From Psammoneis japonica (lineage: Eukaryota), in contig QPGO01000278.1 of NCBI GenBank assembly GCA_008632985.1, forward strand, positions 57,027-77,026: a stretch of DNA of 20,000 nt. Reading direction: 5' to 3'. Position numbers and translations under genes: made by a program. Shown piece by piece: positions 19,842-20,000 of this stretch (positions within the stretch are counted from its first letter, which is position 1; each line of letters starts with the position of its first letter). The notes under the pieces are model-generated. The model was not told the DNA's origin. It worked only from the letters and a program-made list of their open reading frames with translations, and made no database searches.

Positions 19842-20000
19842 ATGGTTGCGCCAGCACCAAAAGGCATGGAACTGAATGTCGCTAAACCTGCTGGCACCAT
19901 TTGTTTGTCTGGGCAATTCTTGAAGGATGTGCACATCTCTTTGTCATCTGCTGGAAATTCAGATGACAAAGCCACCACTGATTTGGACTCGCATGCTGAC
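19842..20000 (+). pseudogene. pol: Start of pol (aspartic protease) of copia element 2, partial
   Basis: 53 open codons from ATG 19842 ending TTDLDSHAD, matching the LDSHADT protease active-site motif. Confidence 0.75.

Larger units (their letters stand above)
18271..20000 (+). mobile_element. Second, different Ty1/copia element (5' part), running off the window end
   Basis: gag with diatom copia motifs followed by protease motif LDSHAD at the window end. The 5' LTR could not be delimited; the start coordinate is approximate. Confidence 0.8.

Noticed and set aside
1..20000. Classical RIP or CpG deamination alone as the cause of the TG/CA excess
   Set aside because: C>T processes cannot turn Tyr codons into Cys/His, and RIP raises TpA. 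CpG decay is present (CGA>TGA stops, CG/TG pairs) but CpG is still common while TpA is nearly gone.
1..20000. Alternative genetic code or RNA editing restoring Tyr
   Set aside because: TpA loss is frame-independent, extends to LTRs and non-coding repeats, and the genes also carry frameshifts and stops.

Overview
Eukaryotic, repeat-rich DNA, most likely from a diatom. The taxon is inferred from diatom-type Ty1/copia motifs and an LRR-family C-terminal motif; no database was searched. No intact gene is evident. In order, the window holds: a degenerate Ty1/copia element (gag end, PR, IN, RT, RH, PPT; 1-~5163); a ~4.7 kb block with two degenerate unknown minus-strand genes and 56-bp tandem repeats, possibly a DNA element; a tail-to-tail pair of paralogous pseudogenes with C-terminal TRF/telobox-type Myb domains and a shared intron position; an LRR gene fragment split by a complete 2.7 kb non-autonomous LTR element (276-bp LTRs, GAATT TSD, tRNA-Asn anticodon-arm-like PBS); and the gag plus protease start of a second copia. 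The dominant signal is window-wide loss of TpA, roughly tenfold. Conserved Tyr codons have become Cys or His, and repeat copies show TA, TG and CA at the same site. This points to a TpA-directed T:A>C:G hypermutation process, opposite in direction to fungal RIP, acting on top of ordinary CpG decay.
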